Source: Terriglobia bacterium (GTDB lineage: Bacteria; Acidobacteriota; Terriglobia; JAJPHL01; JAPKYU01). Taken from it: a DNA stretch of 64,000 nucleotides. This document shows, piece after piece, positions 30,781 to 39,881 of this stretch (within the stretch, counting starts at the first letter, position 1; each line of letters opens with the position of its first letter). Location of the stretch: NCBI GenBank assembly GCA_965206645.1, contig CBDBKE010000004.1, positions 288,001 to 352,000 of the forward strand, written 5' to 3'. The notes under the pieces are model-generated. The model saw only the letters and a list, made by a program, of their open reading frames with translations. It ran no database searches and had not been told where the DNA came from. The position numbers and the translations under genes were made by a program.

Positions 30781-31055
30781 AAGTTTCCCTGTGCCACATC
30801 CCGCAGCACCTGCTTCTCCAGAGAAAGCTCCGCTACCAACCGCTTCAGCCGCGTGTTTTCCTTCTCCAACTCCTTCAGCCGTTTTGCCTGCACCACCTTC
30901 AGCCCGCCGTATTCCTTCCGCCACCGGTAGTAGGTTTGGGTGTGGATTCCAGCTTCTTTGCAGGCTTGGGGCGCAGTCTTCCCGTTCCCCATCTGCACTT
31001 CTATCTGCCGTAGCACCGCTACAATCTGCTCCGGCTTGTAACTCCTTGTCGGCAT
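30777..31055 (-). CDS. IS3 transposase OrfA
   Basis: HTH, TYYRWRKEYGGL, RLKELEKENTRLKRLVAEL; GGGAAAC slippery heptamer at 30789-30783. Confidence 0.9.
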   Translation of the reverse strand: MPTRSYKPEQIVAVLRQIEVQMGNGKTAPQACKEAGIHTQTYYRWRKEYGGLKVVQAKRLKELEKENTRLKRLVAELSLEKQVLRDVAQGNF

Positions 31056-31599
31056 GACCTCACTTCCTCCTCAAGTGGATTCTCTCTCTTTCCACTTGGT
31101 ACAAAAAGTGCCGGTCAGGTCAAGGCGACAGTGACTCTAAACCATTTGCGAGAAATGGAATTCCCTCGATTGACTTTCACTCTGTCACCCAAGACACGCT
31201 ACCGATCCTGCACAGCCGGCGCGACAACCTGTCGGCGATCGTCCTGGAGGACCACTACAATACATATTACCTTCTGGCTGCCTATCTCGCGTTCTTGGAT
31301 CTTGCCTGGAACACCAGCGTGACGAGTGGGGCAGACGCCGCACCCTCGGACGTACCGGGAAGCTCCCCTTAGATTGATCCCGGAACGCTGGCGGGATTAC
31401 TTCAGCGTAACCAACCTCGCAGTCCTGGGGTAGGTGCTTGCTGCGCTCGCTGCATCCTCTATGGTGTGTGTGAGGCTGCTTCTGGACTACACTACCTACC
31501 AGGCACGGAGCGACCTAATCACCGAGAGAACAAGGGAGTCTCCCAAGACGACGGCTTCCATTCGCCCTGCAGGTGTGCCGTGCGAAAGGAGCGAAAAGA

Positions 31600-32232
31600 A
31601 TGGATCGTCCTGGCATCCACATTGTGGCAGTGGCAGGTAGCGTACGGCCCAGGAATTTCACATCGAAGGCGCTGGCTCTGGTCCTGGATGAGATCCGGCG
31701 GCATCAAGAAGTTACCTTGAACGTGGTTGATCTGACATCCACGGAGCTGCTTGCCCCGGGGAAAGGTTAATCGGCAGACGGCAAGAAGATTCAAAAGCTG
31801 GTATCAGACGCCACGGGACTCGTCCTTGCTACGCCCGAATACCACGGCAGTTACAGCAGCGCGATCAAGCTGTTCATTGAGAATCTTGGATTCCCCTCCA
31901 CCATGGCAGGTAAGCCGGTGGGGTTGCTAGGCGTAGCCGCGGGCCAAATTGGGGCCATCAAGGCTCTGGAGCACCTTCGCAGCGTGTGCTCGCACATCGG
32001 CGCCATGGTGTTGCCCGGCTCGGTTTCGGTGGCCGGAGTGCAGAGACTTTTTGACGAGGAAGGTCGGTGCCTGGATGCAGGAACTGAGAAGAGGATTCGG
32101 GGCGTAGCGACCAGCCTACTGAACTATATCCGGCGACACATCTGCCCGCACTTGGCGCTGGAGGAAATGGCCCGAGGCGGCGAGACCGCCTGGATGAAGC
32201 GTTTCGCCGGCTCAGCCGAACGGAGTAGTTGA
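31600..32232 (+). pseudogene. NADPH-dependent FMN reductase with one in-frame stop
   Basis: VAGSVRP..FT, then TAA at 31768-31770, then the same frame continues ATPEYHGSYSSAIK...GKPVGLLGVAAG. Confidence 0.85.
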
Positions 32233-32293
32233 AGGTTGGCTTCCAGGTTCGTAATCTTCTCTCTAGGATCGAGTGAAACAGGATCGAAACGCC

Positions 32294-32917
32294 ATGGAGA
32301 GAAAACCTGCTTGGGCCGGCGCCACTTTGATTCACAGTGCGGGCGCGCTGTGGAAGCCGGCGACGACGTCCCCGTTTCTGGACGCGCTGGCAGCCGGCAA
32401 CCTGCCGGCGGAAGTCTTCCGGCGCTGGCTGGCGCAGGATTATTTGTTCGCGAGGGACCTGATGGCATTCCAGGCGATCTTGCTGGCCAAAGTTCCGCGA
32501 GACTGCCACAAGCCGCTTCTGGCGGGCCTGGCCGCACTCGACAGCGAGCTGGACTGGTTCGAAGAGCACGCGGGGCGTCTCCGGCTGGATCTGAATATCG
32601 CGGCGCATCCCACCTGTCGGCGCTACAGCGATTTCCTGCTGCGCTGCGCCTATGAGCAGCCGTACCCGGTGCTGCTGGCGATACTGTTCGGCGTCGAGGT
32701 TTCTTACCTGGCCGCCTGGAGCGCGCTCGAGCCAGTGGGACCCTATGCCGAGTTCATCGAGCGCTGGTCGGGCCCGGCGTTTGCCGACTATGTGGCGGCG
32801 CTGCGCAGCCTGGCCGAGCGATACCCGCACGAGGCAGCGCAGGAGTTTTTCAATCAGGTACTCCAGCATGATCGCGACTTCTGGCAGATGTCCTGGGGAA
32901 ATTGCCAAGTGTCCTGA
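32294..32917 (+). CDS. tenA: TenA family protein (TenA_E-like, no catalytic Cys)
   Basis: PFL, FRRWLAQDYLF, ELDWF, GVEVSYL, FIERWS, DFWQM. Confidence 0.85.
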   Translation: MERKPAWAGATLIHSAGALWKPATTSPFLDALAAGNLPAEVFRRWLAQDYLFARDLMAFQAILLAKVPRDCHKPLLAGLAALDSELDWFEEHAGRLRLDLNIAAHPTCRRYSDFLLRCAYEQPYPVLLAILFGVEVSYLAAWSALEPVGPYAEFIERWSGPAFADYVAALRSLAERYPHEAAQEFFNQVLQHDRDFWQMSWGNCQVS

Positions 32918-32947
32918 GGAAACTGCCAGGTGTCTTAAGAAAACTGA

Positions 32948-33571
32948 ATGCTGCACAGGATGCTGTGGAAGTCGAACCTAGACCTGGCCCGGGCCTGCCT
33001 GAGTCATCCATTTGTAAACGCACTCGGCGAAGGCAGCTTGGACGCAGCAGCGTTTCGGGGCTACATCGCACAAGACGCTTTTTTCTTGCGGGCTTTCGTG
33101 AAGGCCTATGCGCTGGCACTGGCGCGGAGCCAGGACCTGGCAACCGCGGCCGAGTTCCACGGCTTGATTGGCGGCGCGCTGAAAGAGCTGGAACTGCACC
33201 ACGATTATGCAGCCGAACTGGGGATTGATCTGGCCCGAGTCTCGCCGAATCGAGCCTGTCAGGCATACACCGACTTTTTGTTGCGCGCCGCCTGGCACGC
33301 TTCGCTGGGCGAAATTGCCGCAGCGGTGACTCCTTGCATGCGCCTCTACGCTTATCTGGGCAGCCACCTCGCCGGGAAAACTCATCCCCAGCACCCCTAT
33401 CGGCGCTGGATTGAATCCTACAGCGGAGCTGACTTTGAGCGCCTTGCGGTACGGGTCGAGGCTCTGTTAGATCAAGTGGGCGCCGACACGCGGCCGGTGC
33501 GGGACAGCTACCGGTATGCCATGCAGTGCGAACTGGACTTTTTCTCCGGGGCGCTGGAGACCACAAAATGA
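32948..33571 (+). CDS. tenA: TenA family protein (TenA_C-like, thiaminase II)
   Basis: HPFV..L.EGSL, YIAQDAFFL, TPCMRLY (catalytic Cys), YRRWIESY, ELDFF. Confidence 0.88.
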   Translation: MLHRMLWKSNLDLARACLSHPFVNALGEGSLDAAAFRGYIAQDAFFLRAFVKAYALALARSQDLATAAEFHGLIGGALKELELHHDYAAELGIDLARVSPNRACQAYTDFLLRAAWHASLGEIAAAVTPCMRLYAYLGSHLAGKTHPQHPYRRWIESYSGADFERLAVRVEALLDQVGADTRPVRDSYRYAMQCELDFFSGALETTK

Positions 33572-34347
33572 AACCGGTCGCGCTGACCATTGCCGGCTCG
33601 GATCCCTCGGGCGGCGCCGGGATTCAGGCTGACCTGAAGACGTTTCACCAGTTCGATGTCTATGGCATGAGCGTCATTACGCTGCTGACCGTGCAGAATA
33701 CGCAGCGGGTGAGCGCAGTCGAGCCAGTGGCGGCACGGCTGGTTCACGAGCAGCTAGAAGCCGTGCTGGAGGACATTCCTCCCCAGGCGGCGAAAAGCGG
33801 TGCCCTGGGGACAGTCGAAAACATTGAGGTCGTGGCCGACTGCGCGCGCCGGGCCGCATTTCCGCTGGTGGTGGACCCGGTGATGATCAGCAAGCATGGA
33901 GCCGCGCTGATCGCCGACGACGCCCGGCAGGCGCTGGTGCGTCTGCTGCTGCCAGAAGCCTTCCTGTTGACGCCCAATCTTCACGAAGCCGCAGCGCTGA
34001 TTGGGAGCGACGTGGAGAACGTGGAGGCGATGGAGGAGGCCGCCCGGCGCATCGCCCAAATGGGTCCGAAGGCGGTGTTGGTCAAAGGCGGTCACCTGAC
34101 CGACGACGCCGTGGACTTGCTCTACTACCGGGGGCGGATTCAGAAATTCATCGCCCGGCGGGTGTCTTCGGCAAACACGCACGGCACCGGCTGCACTTAC
34201 TCGGCAGCCATCACCGCGGAGTTGTCCCAGGGGCGGGAACTGGAGGCATCGGTTGAAACCGCCAAGCGCTTCATCACCAGCGCCATTGCTGGCAACCCTG
34301 GGCTGGGTAAAGGCTGCGGCCCGGTCAACCACCACGCCGCGCGGTAG
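33568..34347 (+). CDS. thiD: Hydroxymethylpyrimidine/phosphomethylpyrimidine kinase
   Basis: LTIAGSDPSGGAGIQADLKTF, VVDPVM, TPNLHEA, KGGH, THGTGCTYSAAI. Confidence 0.96.
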   Translation: MKPVALTIAGSDPSGGAGIQADLKTFHQFDVYGMSVITLLTVQNTQRVSAVEPVAARLVHEQLEAVLEDIPPQAAKSGALGTVENIEVVADCARRAAFPLVVDPVMISKHGAALIADDARQALVRLLLPEAFLLTPNLHEAAALIGSDVENVEAMEEAARRIAQMGPKAVLVKGGHLTDDAVDLLYYRGRIQKFIARRVSSANTHGTGCTYSAAITAELSQGRELEASVETAKRFITSAIAGNPGLGKGCGPVNHHAAR

Positions 34348-34766
34348 GGCGAGCACTCACCTCCGCGTCGGTCTTCTTCGCGCGACCCGGCGAGATATCC
34401 TTCCAACTGACCCCGCCATCCACCGTGGATAGCAGTCCCCTTTGCCCCGACATCCAACCGTGCATGCTGTCCGCAAAGCTGAGCGAGACTGGCCTGGGCG
34501 AGAACACGATGCTCGAACTGGCTTCGCCCGCAAGTGGGACGCGTGTTGCCGTAACGCTGGTCAGGCTGGCGCCTGTGGTCAGAATAAGCGCGGAGTCGGC
34601 AAACGCAACCGAAATCCTCATACCGGTGGGCACCCTCCTCGACGCGGCTAAGACCTGGACCGGCCTCCACGTCCTGCCACCATCTTCGGTTGCAAGCAGG
34701 ATGCCCGACCTGAAATTTATGCTACTGAGCAGACCCAGGATCATCCACCCGTGCCGAGCGTCTAGA
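34325..34766 (-). pseudogene. YCF48-like/BNR-repeat secreted protein, 3' fragment
   Basis: LDARHGW, TEDGGRTW, SFADSMHGW, STVDGGVSWKDIS; separated from its 5' part by IS1380. Confidence 0.75.
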
Positions 34767-36424
34767 CCCGGATTTCCGTTTTAAAACTCCAAAGCTAACC
34801 TTATACTGACCTCCGACGCCAATATTTATGCCGGTTCCAGCGTCAATACAGCTTCCGGAGGTAGAAACCGAGTGGGTGAGAGGCAAAATCAGCCCTTTCA
34901 GTTCTCTTTCAATGCTGCATTGAAGGTCGATTTCCAGGGGTCGCGGGTTACTTCCGACGGCGGCCTGATCCTCGTGCGCAAATCAGACGAACATTTGGGA
35001 TTCGGAGAACTCATCAAACAGCACTTGGCCGATCCTCGGAGAAAGAACACACGGTTGCCCTTTGCTGACCTCCTGCGCCAGTCCGTGTACAGCCGCTTGG
35101 CGGGTTACGAAGATATGAATGACGCGGAACGGCTCTCTCAAGATCCGACGTTCCGGCTGATCGGTTCAGAAAAGATCTGGGAGCGAGGAGCCGCGTTGAC
35201 TTCCCGGCTGCAATCGTTCGAGACAGAACTACTGACGCAAGATGAGAACCTGGCTGGTTTGGCAGCGATCAACCGGGATTTAATCGCCAGGGCGGAAGCT
35301 ATGGATTCCCCGCAACGGGTGGTGCTGGACATGGACTCGACCGAGATTCCGGTCTACGGCCAGCAGGAGCAGAGTGCCTACAACGGGCATTTCGAGTCGA
35401 GCTGCTATCACCCGTTGTTGCTGTTCAATCGCGAGGGTGACTGTCTGGCGGCCAAGCTGCGACCGGGCAACGTGCACAGCGCCGAGGACTGGAAAGAACT
35501 TCTCCTGCCGGAGATCGAGCGGCAGCAGCAGCTGGGCAAGGAAGTGGTGTTTCGTGCCGACGCGGCCTTTGCCAAGCCGGAGATTTACGAGGCTCTGGAG
35601 GAGCGGGAGGTAAAGTACGCCATCCGCATCCCGGCTAACGACAGCCTACAGCGGGACATTGAGGAGTTGCTGACTCGGCCGGTGGGGAGACCCAGCAAGA
35701 AGCCGTTGGTGGAGTTCAAGGGCTTTCTATACCAAGCGGCCAGTTGGAAGACAGCCCGCAGGGTGGTGGCCAAGGTGGAGCATCATCCAGGGGAGCTGTT
35801 CCCGCGAGTAGGGTTTATCGTTACGAACTTGACTCTGCCAAGTCGGGCGGTGATGCGGTTTTACAACAAGCGGGGGACAGCGGAGCAGTGGATCAAAGAA
35901 GGAAAGCAAGCAGTGAAGATGACGCGGCTCAGTTGTCACCGGTTCCGGTCGAACGAGGTCCGGCTGTGGCTCACCATCATTGCCTATAATCTCGGCAACC
36001 TGTGGCGGCGACTGGTGCTGCCACAGAGAATCGGGAACTGGTCCCTGACGAGCTTGCAACAGCGGTTGGTGAAAACGGGAGGACGGCTGGTGAAACATGC
36101 GCGATATTACTGGCTTTTGCTGGCCGAAGGGCACTTGAGCCGGAGGCTGTTCAGCAGCATGCTGCGAACGATCTCGGCACTGCCGCTGCCAGACGGCTAG
36201 CGAACCGGGAGAGAGGGTAATTTTAGGTGCTCAGAAGTGGTCGGGCCGGATAAGTGTCAGCGGCGCGGCAGGCTGGGCAGGCGAACCCCGCACAGCGACT
36301 CCGAAGAACAGCCAAAATGTGCCGCACTACCACCTCAAAGAGGCCAGAGCTGTTTGCGGTTGACATGACAGGGTACGAGGCATAGCTTTTCGGGTGAAGA
36401 GGAAGCTCGAAATGGAAATTCCGG
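34767..36424 (+). mobile_element. IS1380-family element, copy A
   Basis: IRs CCCGGATTTCC / GGAAATTCCGG; 5-bp target duplication CTAGA (34762-34766, 36425-36429). Confidence 0.93.
34872..36200 (+). CDS. IS1380 transposase
   Basis: VTSDGGL, LAGYED.ND, LDMDST, FRADAAF, YNKRGTAEQWIKEGK. Confidence 0.95.
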   Translation: MGERQNQPFQFSFNAALKVDFQGSRVTSDGGLILVRKSDEHLGFGELIKQHLADPRRKNTRLPFADLLRQSVYSRLAGYEDMNDAERLSQDPTFRLIGSEKIWERGAALTSRLQSFETELLTQDENLAGLAAINRDLIARAEAMDSPQRVVLDMDSTEIPVYGQQEQSAYNGHFESSCYHPLLLFNREGDCLAAKLRPGNVHSAEDWKELLLPEIERQQQLGKEVVFRADAAFAKPEIYEALEEREVKYAIRIPANDSLQRDIEELLTRPVGRPSKKPLVEFKGFLYQAASWKTARRVVAKVEHHPGELFPRVGFIVTNLTLPSRAVMRFYNKRGTAEQWIKEGKQAVKMTRLSCHRFRSNEVRLWLTIIAYNLGNLWRRLVLPQRIGNWSLTSLQQRLVKTGGRLVKHARYYWLLLAEGHLSRRLFSSMLRTISALPLPDG

Positions 36425-36813
36425 CTAGAATAATGAAGCCGACCTCCGCCAGCAAGAGCTTGGCTTCTGGCATACGGGTCCGGGAGCGTGACCGTGTTCA
36501 CGGACCAGTTGGTCCCGGCGGTGCTTGTGGATGCGAGATCGAAGTGTGAATGGGTTCCGTCCTCGCCCTGATAGGAGATCAGAGCCCAGCCATTGAGCGT
36601 GTCCAGGAAGAAGACTGAAACGACGCGCGCCCGCGGGCCCAGGGGCGGCGTAATGTCTTTCCAACTGGCGCCTGCATCGGTTGTCCAGCGAATTCCCTTC
36701 CCACCAGCTAGCCAGCCCACCTCGGGCGTGAGCAGTTTCATCGCCGCGCGGGCCGGCGAGGCGGCGGAGAAGAATAACGCTGAAAATAGCACCATGCTAA
36801 TGGTCACCCTCAT
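36425..36813 (-). pseudogene. YCF48-like/BNR-repeat secreted protein, 5' fragment
   Basis: Signal peptide, WTTDAGASWKDITPP, VFFLDTLNGW; rejoining with the 3' fragment still leaves a 1-nt frame offset. Confidence 0.75.
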
Positions 36814-36971
36814 CTTTGGCAGCACGGAAAACCTCCTTCGAAGCGACATTCCGGGTGAATCAGACTGAACTGACGATGGCTTCCGTGTACCGTCGCTATC
36901 AGCTGTAGTGTCCTGAGTTGCAAGGGAGAGAGAACCAGGCATCGGCCCACAGGTGGAGTTTCGGGCAGTGG

Positions 36972-38102
36972 TCAGCCGCTGAAGTACTCTTTCATCTTCT
37001 CGAGGAAGCCTTTGTCTGAGGGCGAGTTGTCGGCCGGAGAGATCTCGGCCAGTTGCTGAAGCAGTTGGCGCTGCTCGCTAGTGAGGCGGGTGGGCGTCTG
37101 CACCTTCACCTGAATGTAAAGATCGCCGCGCCCTCTCCCATCCAGGTCGGGAAAGCCACGGCTACGAATGCGGAAGACGGCATCGGCCTGCGTGCCTTCT
37201 GGAATTTTCAGTGTTTGCTTACCCTCCAAGGTAGGGATCTGGATCTCAGCGCCCAGCGCCGCCTGCCAGAACGAAAGCGGGACCGTGCAGCTCAGATCGC
37301 GATCGTGGCGCTCGAAAAACGGATGTTCCCCGACGATAAGCACCACGTAGAGGTCGCCCGGTGGGCTACCCTGCGTGCCTGCTTCCCCTTCGCCGGGCAC
37401 GCGTAACCGCGTCCCGGTATCCACCCCGGGAGGAATGCGCACCTGCAGGGTCTTCTCGCGGCGAAGCCGTCCTTGGCCGCGGCACTCGGGACAGGGGTGG
37501 CGAATGACCTGGCCTGTGCCGTGACAGGTTGAGCAGGGCCGGCTGATGGAGAAAAAGCCCTGTGTATAGCGGACCTGGCCGCGGCCGCCGCACTGGGAAC
37601 AGATGGTCGGCGAGGTGCCCTTCTTGGCCCCTGAGCCCAAGCAGGCCCCGCAGGTCTCTCGACGAGGCACCTTGATCTGCGCTTCCAGACCGAAGGCGGC
37701 TTCGTCAAAGCTGATCTCGAGGTCGAAGCGCAAGTCGGCGCCGCGGTTGGAGCGGGCGCCACGCCCGCGGCCGCCCATCCCGAACAGGTCGCCGAAGCCG
37801 AAGAAGTCCCCTGAAACGTCCTCGAATTCGGTGAAGATGGAAGGATCGAACCCGCCGGCCCCGACGCCGGCGACCCCGGCCGGCCCGAACTGGTCGTAAC
37901 GGGCGCGCTTCTGTGGGTCGCTCAGGATGCTGTAAGCCTGGGAGGCCTCTTTGAATTTTTCCTCGGCTTGCTCGCGGTGGTCCGGGTTTCGGTCGGGGTG
38001 GTGCTCCAGCGCTTTCTTGCGGTAGGCGCTCTTGATTTCCTGCTCGCTGGCATTTCGAGCCACGCCGAGCACTTCGTAATAATCTTGTGTGTTGCCGTTC
38101 AC
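36972..38102 (-). CDS. dnaJ: Molecular chaperone DnaJ
   Basis: DYYEVLGV, HPD, G/F-rich region, four CxxCxGxG repeats; GTG start overlaps grpE stop. Confidence 0.97.
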   Translation of the reverse strand: MNGNTQDYYEVLGVARNASEQEIKSAYRKKALEHHPDRNPDHREQAEEKFKEASQAYSILSDPQKRARYDQFGPAGVAGVGAGGFDPSIFTEFEDVSGDFFGFGDLFGMGGRGRGARSNRGADLRFDLEISFDEAAFGLEAQIKVPRRETCGACLGSGAKKGTSPTICSQCGGRGQVRYTQGFFSISRPCSTCHGTGQVIRHPCPECRGQGRLRREKTLQVRIPPGVDTGTRLRVPGEGEAGTQGSPPGDLYVVLIVGEHPFFERHDRDLSCTVPLSFWQAALGAEIQIPTLEGKQTLKIPEGTQADAVFRIRSRGFPDLDGRGRGDLYIQVKVQTPTRLTSEQRQLLQQLAEISPADNSPSDKGFLEKMKEYFSG

Positions 38103-38674
38103 TGAACTTTGCGCACTGCGACCTTTACCAGCGCCGGGCGGAGCAGCCGCTTCCGAAACAGGTAGCCGCGCTGCCATTCTGTCAGGATAGCCTGGTCGTC
38201 GTGGTCCTCGGTTTCCACGCGCTCCACAGCTTCGTGGAGGTGCGGATCAAATGTCTGCCCGAGGGCCTGGATCGGTTCCAGCCCAAAACGAGCCAATGTG
38301 TCCCACAACTGGCGGGCAATGAGTTGAATGCCGGAGCGAAACTCGTCGTCGCCGCCCTGCGAGGCTAGAGCACGTTCCAAGGCGTCCATTACCGGTAGCA
38401 TTTCTCTTACCACTTCCATGGAGACGCGATGCAGATCCTCTTTCCGCTCCTTCTCCAGCCGTTTGCGGTAGTTGTCAAAATCGGCACGGGCACGCAGGAA
38501 GCTGTCGAACACGGAGGCTTTTTCCTCGGCCAGGCGGTCCCGCTCGGCAGTCAACGCCTGAAGAGGATCCAGGGCTTCCGCCGCTGCCGGTTCTGCGCTG
38601 GCAGCCCCTTGAGAGTTCTCTTCCTCTATTGCTTTTGTCTCCTCGTTCGCTTCCGACTTGGCCATCTCGTCCAT
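38099..38674 (-). CDS. grpE: Nucleotide exchange factor GrpE
   Basis: ADFDNYRKR, LPVMDALERAL, FDPHLHEAV, GY...RLLRPALVKV. Confidence 0.96.
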   Translation of the reverse strand: MDEMAKSEANEETKAIEEENSQGAASAEPAAAEALDPLQALTAERDRLAEEKASVFDSFLRARADFDNYRKRLEKERKEDLHRVSMEVVREMLPVMDALERALASQGGDDEFRSGIQLIARQLWDTLARFGLEPIQALGQTFDPHLHEAVERVETEDHDDQAILTEWQRGYLFRKRLLRPALVKVAVRKVQ

Positions 38675-38684
38675 GACTTTCTCG

Positions 38685-39743
38685 CTAATGTTGGCCGATT
38701 GCCTCTCCGACCTGCCGGGCCACCTCCGACACGGCGCTGATAACTCGCTCGTAGGGCATGCGCGGCGGCCCCAGCACCGCCACCCGGCCCGCCAGTCCTC
38801 CAGCCGTGATGCACGGCGCACCGACCAACGCAAAATCCTGCATCGGGGGATCGGTGTCCAGCCCGATGACGACCTGGGCCTGTTTCCACTCTGGGGACTC
38901 CGCTTCCTGAATGTAGCGGGTAATGAGTTGGACCAGGCGCTCCTTCTCCTCCAACGCCCGTAATAGGTCGCGCAGGACTTGAGGATTGTCCAGTTCAGGA
39001 CGGCCCATCAAGTGGGAGGTCCCTTCCAGGTAGACACCGGCGCTGGCATCGCTTTCTAGAATGCCTAGTCGCCAGAGCTTGGCCAGCCGCCGCAGCAACT
39101 CGTCGTACCTGGCGCGTTCTTCCTGCATTAGGCGAGTGATTTCGCTGCGCGCGGCTTCCAGGCGCCAGCCGGCAAAATTGCAGTTCAGGTAGTTGGCCAC
39201 GCGGTCCAGTTCGTCCTGATGAAATTCTTCTTCCACTCGGACCACCCGGCTGCGCGCCGGCGCACCGCGCGGCGCCAGCAGTACCAGCACGCGCCTTTCC
39301 GCGAGCTGCACGAACTCGATGTGTTCGAGTAACGTATCGGCGGCTGTGGCCGATACCACAATGCCGATATTGTGGGTCACCCTCGAAAGCACGTGCGAGG
39401 CCCGCTCCAGGATCGCCTGGGGGCCTTCTGTGGTGCCTTGGATCTCGCGCCGAATTCGTTCTTCTTCCTTGCGGGGCAGGTGCCGGACGGGGCGGGCAAG
39501 ATGCTCCACATAGAATTGGTAGGCTTTGCCGGTAGGGATGCGGCCCGCCGAGGTATGCGGTTGGCGCAGGTATCCGTCGGCTTCCAGGTCGGCCATGGTA
39601 TTGCGGATGGTAGCTGGGCTAAGCCGGTCGCGGCGCCGGTGTGAGATCGTGAGCGAGCCGACAGGCTGTCCAGTGGCGATATAGGTGCGGATGATGACCG
39701 CCAAAACTTCCCGGTTTCGCCCTTCCAGCCCGGAGGTCCGCAT
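38685..39743 (-). CDS. hrcA: Heat-inducible transcription repressor HrcA
   Basis: YIATGQPVGS, SPATIRN.MADLE..GYL.QPHTSAGRIPT, VLGPPRMPY. Confidence 0.96.
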   Translation of the reverse strand: MRTSGLEGRNREVLAVIIRTYIATGQPVGSLTISHRRRDRLSPATIRNTMADLEADGYLRQPHTSAGRIPTGKAYQFYVEHLARPVRHLPRKEEERIRREIQGTTEGPQAILERASHVLSRVTHNIGIVVSATAADTLLEHIEFVQLAERRVLVLLAPRGAPARSRVVRVEEEFHQDELDRVANYLNCNFAGWRLEAARSEITRLMQEERARYDELLRRLAKLWRLGILESDASAGVYLEGTSHLMGRPELDNPQVLRDLLRALEEKERLVQLITRYIQEAESPEWKQAQVVIGLDTDPPMQDFALVGAPCITAGGLAGRVAVLGPPRMPYERVISAVSEVARQVGEAIGQH

Positions 39744-39775
39744 TTTCAATAAGTTGGAGTCAAAGTAAGCAACCT

Positions 39776-39805
39776 ATTTTACGATTTTCAGCCGGCGGCT
39801 GTCAA
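39776..39805 (-). promoter_or_regulatory. sigma70 promoter of hrcA-grpE-dnaJ
   Basis: TTGACA (39805-39800)-N18-TAAAAT (39781-39776). Confidence 0.7.
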
Positions 39806-39807
39806 GT

Positions 39808-39834
39808 TTAGCACTATTGGTATGAGAGTGCTAA
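39808..39834. promoter_or_regulatory. CIRCE element (HrcA operator)
   Basis: TTAGCACTA-N9-GAGTGCTAA, one mismatch to TTAGCACTC-N9-GAGTGCTAA, directly upstream of the hrcA -35. Confidence 0.93.
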
Positions 39835-39881
39835 GCAGCCGTCTGCGTCCTGCTTTTTGAATCTTGGTCGGCAGCACCCAG

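Larger units (their letters stand above)
29865..31122 (-). mobile_element. IS3-family element (probably IS407 group), copy 1, defective
   Basis: TG...CA ends with imperfect IRs (TGACCAGACCGATTTTTTGTACCAA / TTGGTACAAAAAGTGCCGGTCAGGTCA); near-identical to 61485-62734; no matching target duplication. Confidence 0.93.

Noticed and set aside
31123-32293. TPP riboswitch upstream of tenA-tenA-thiD
   Set aside because: No CUGAGA / CCUGAU..UAAUGCC..CGUAGG conserved core found by eye
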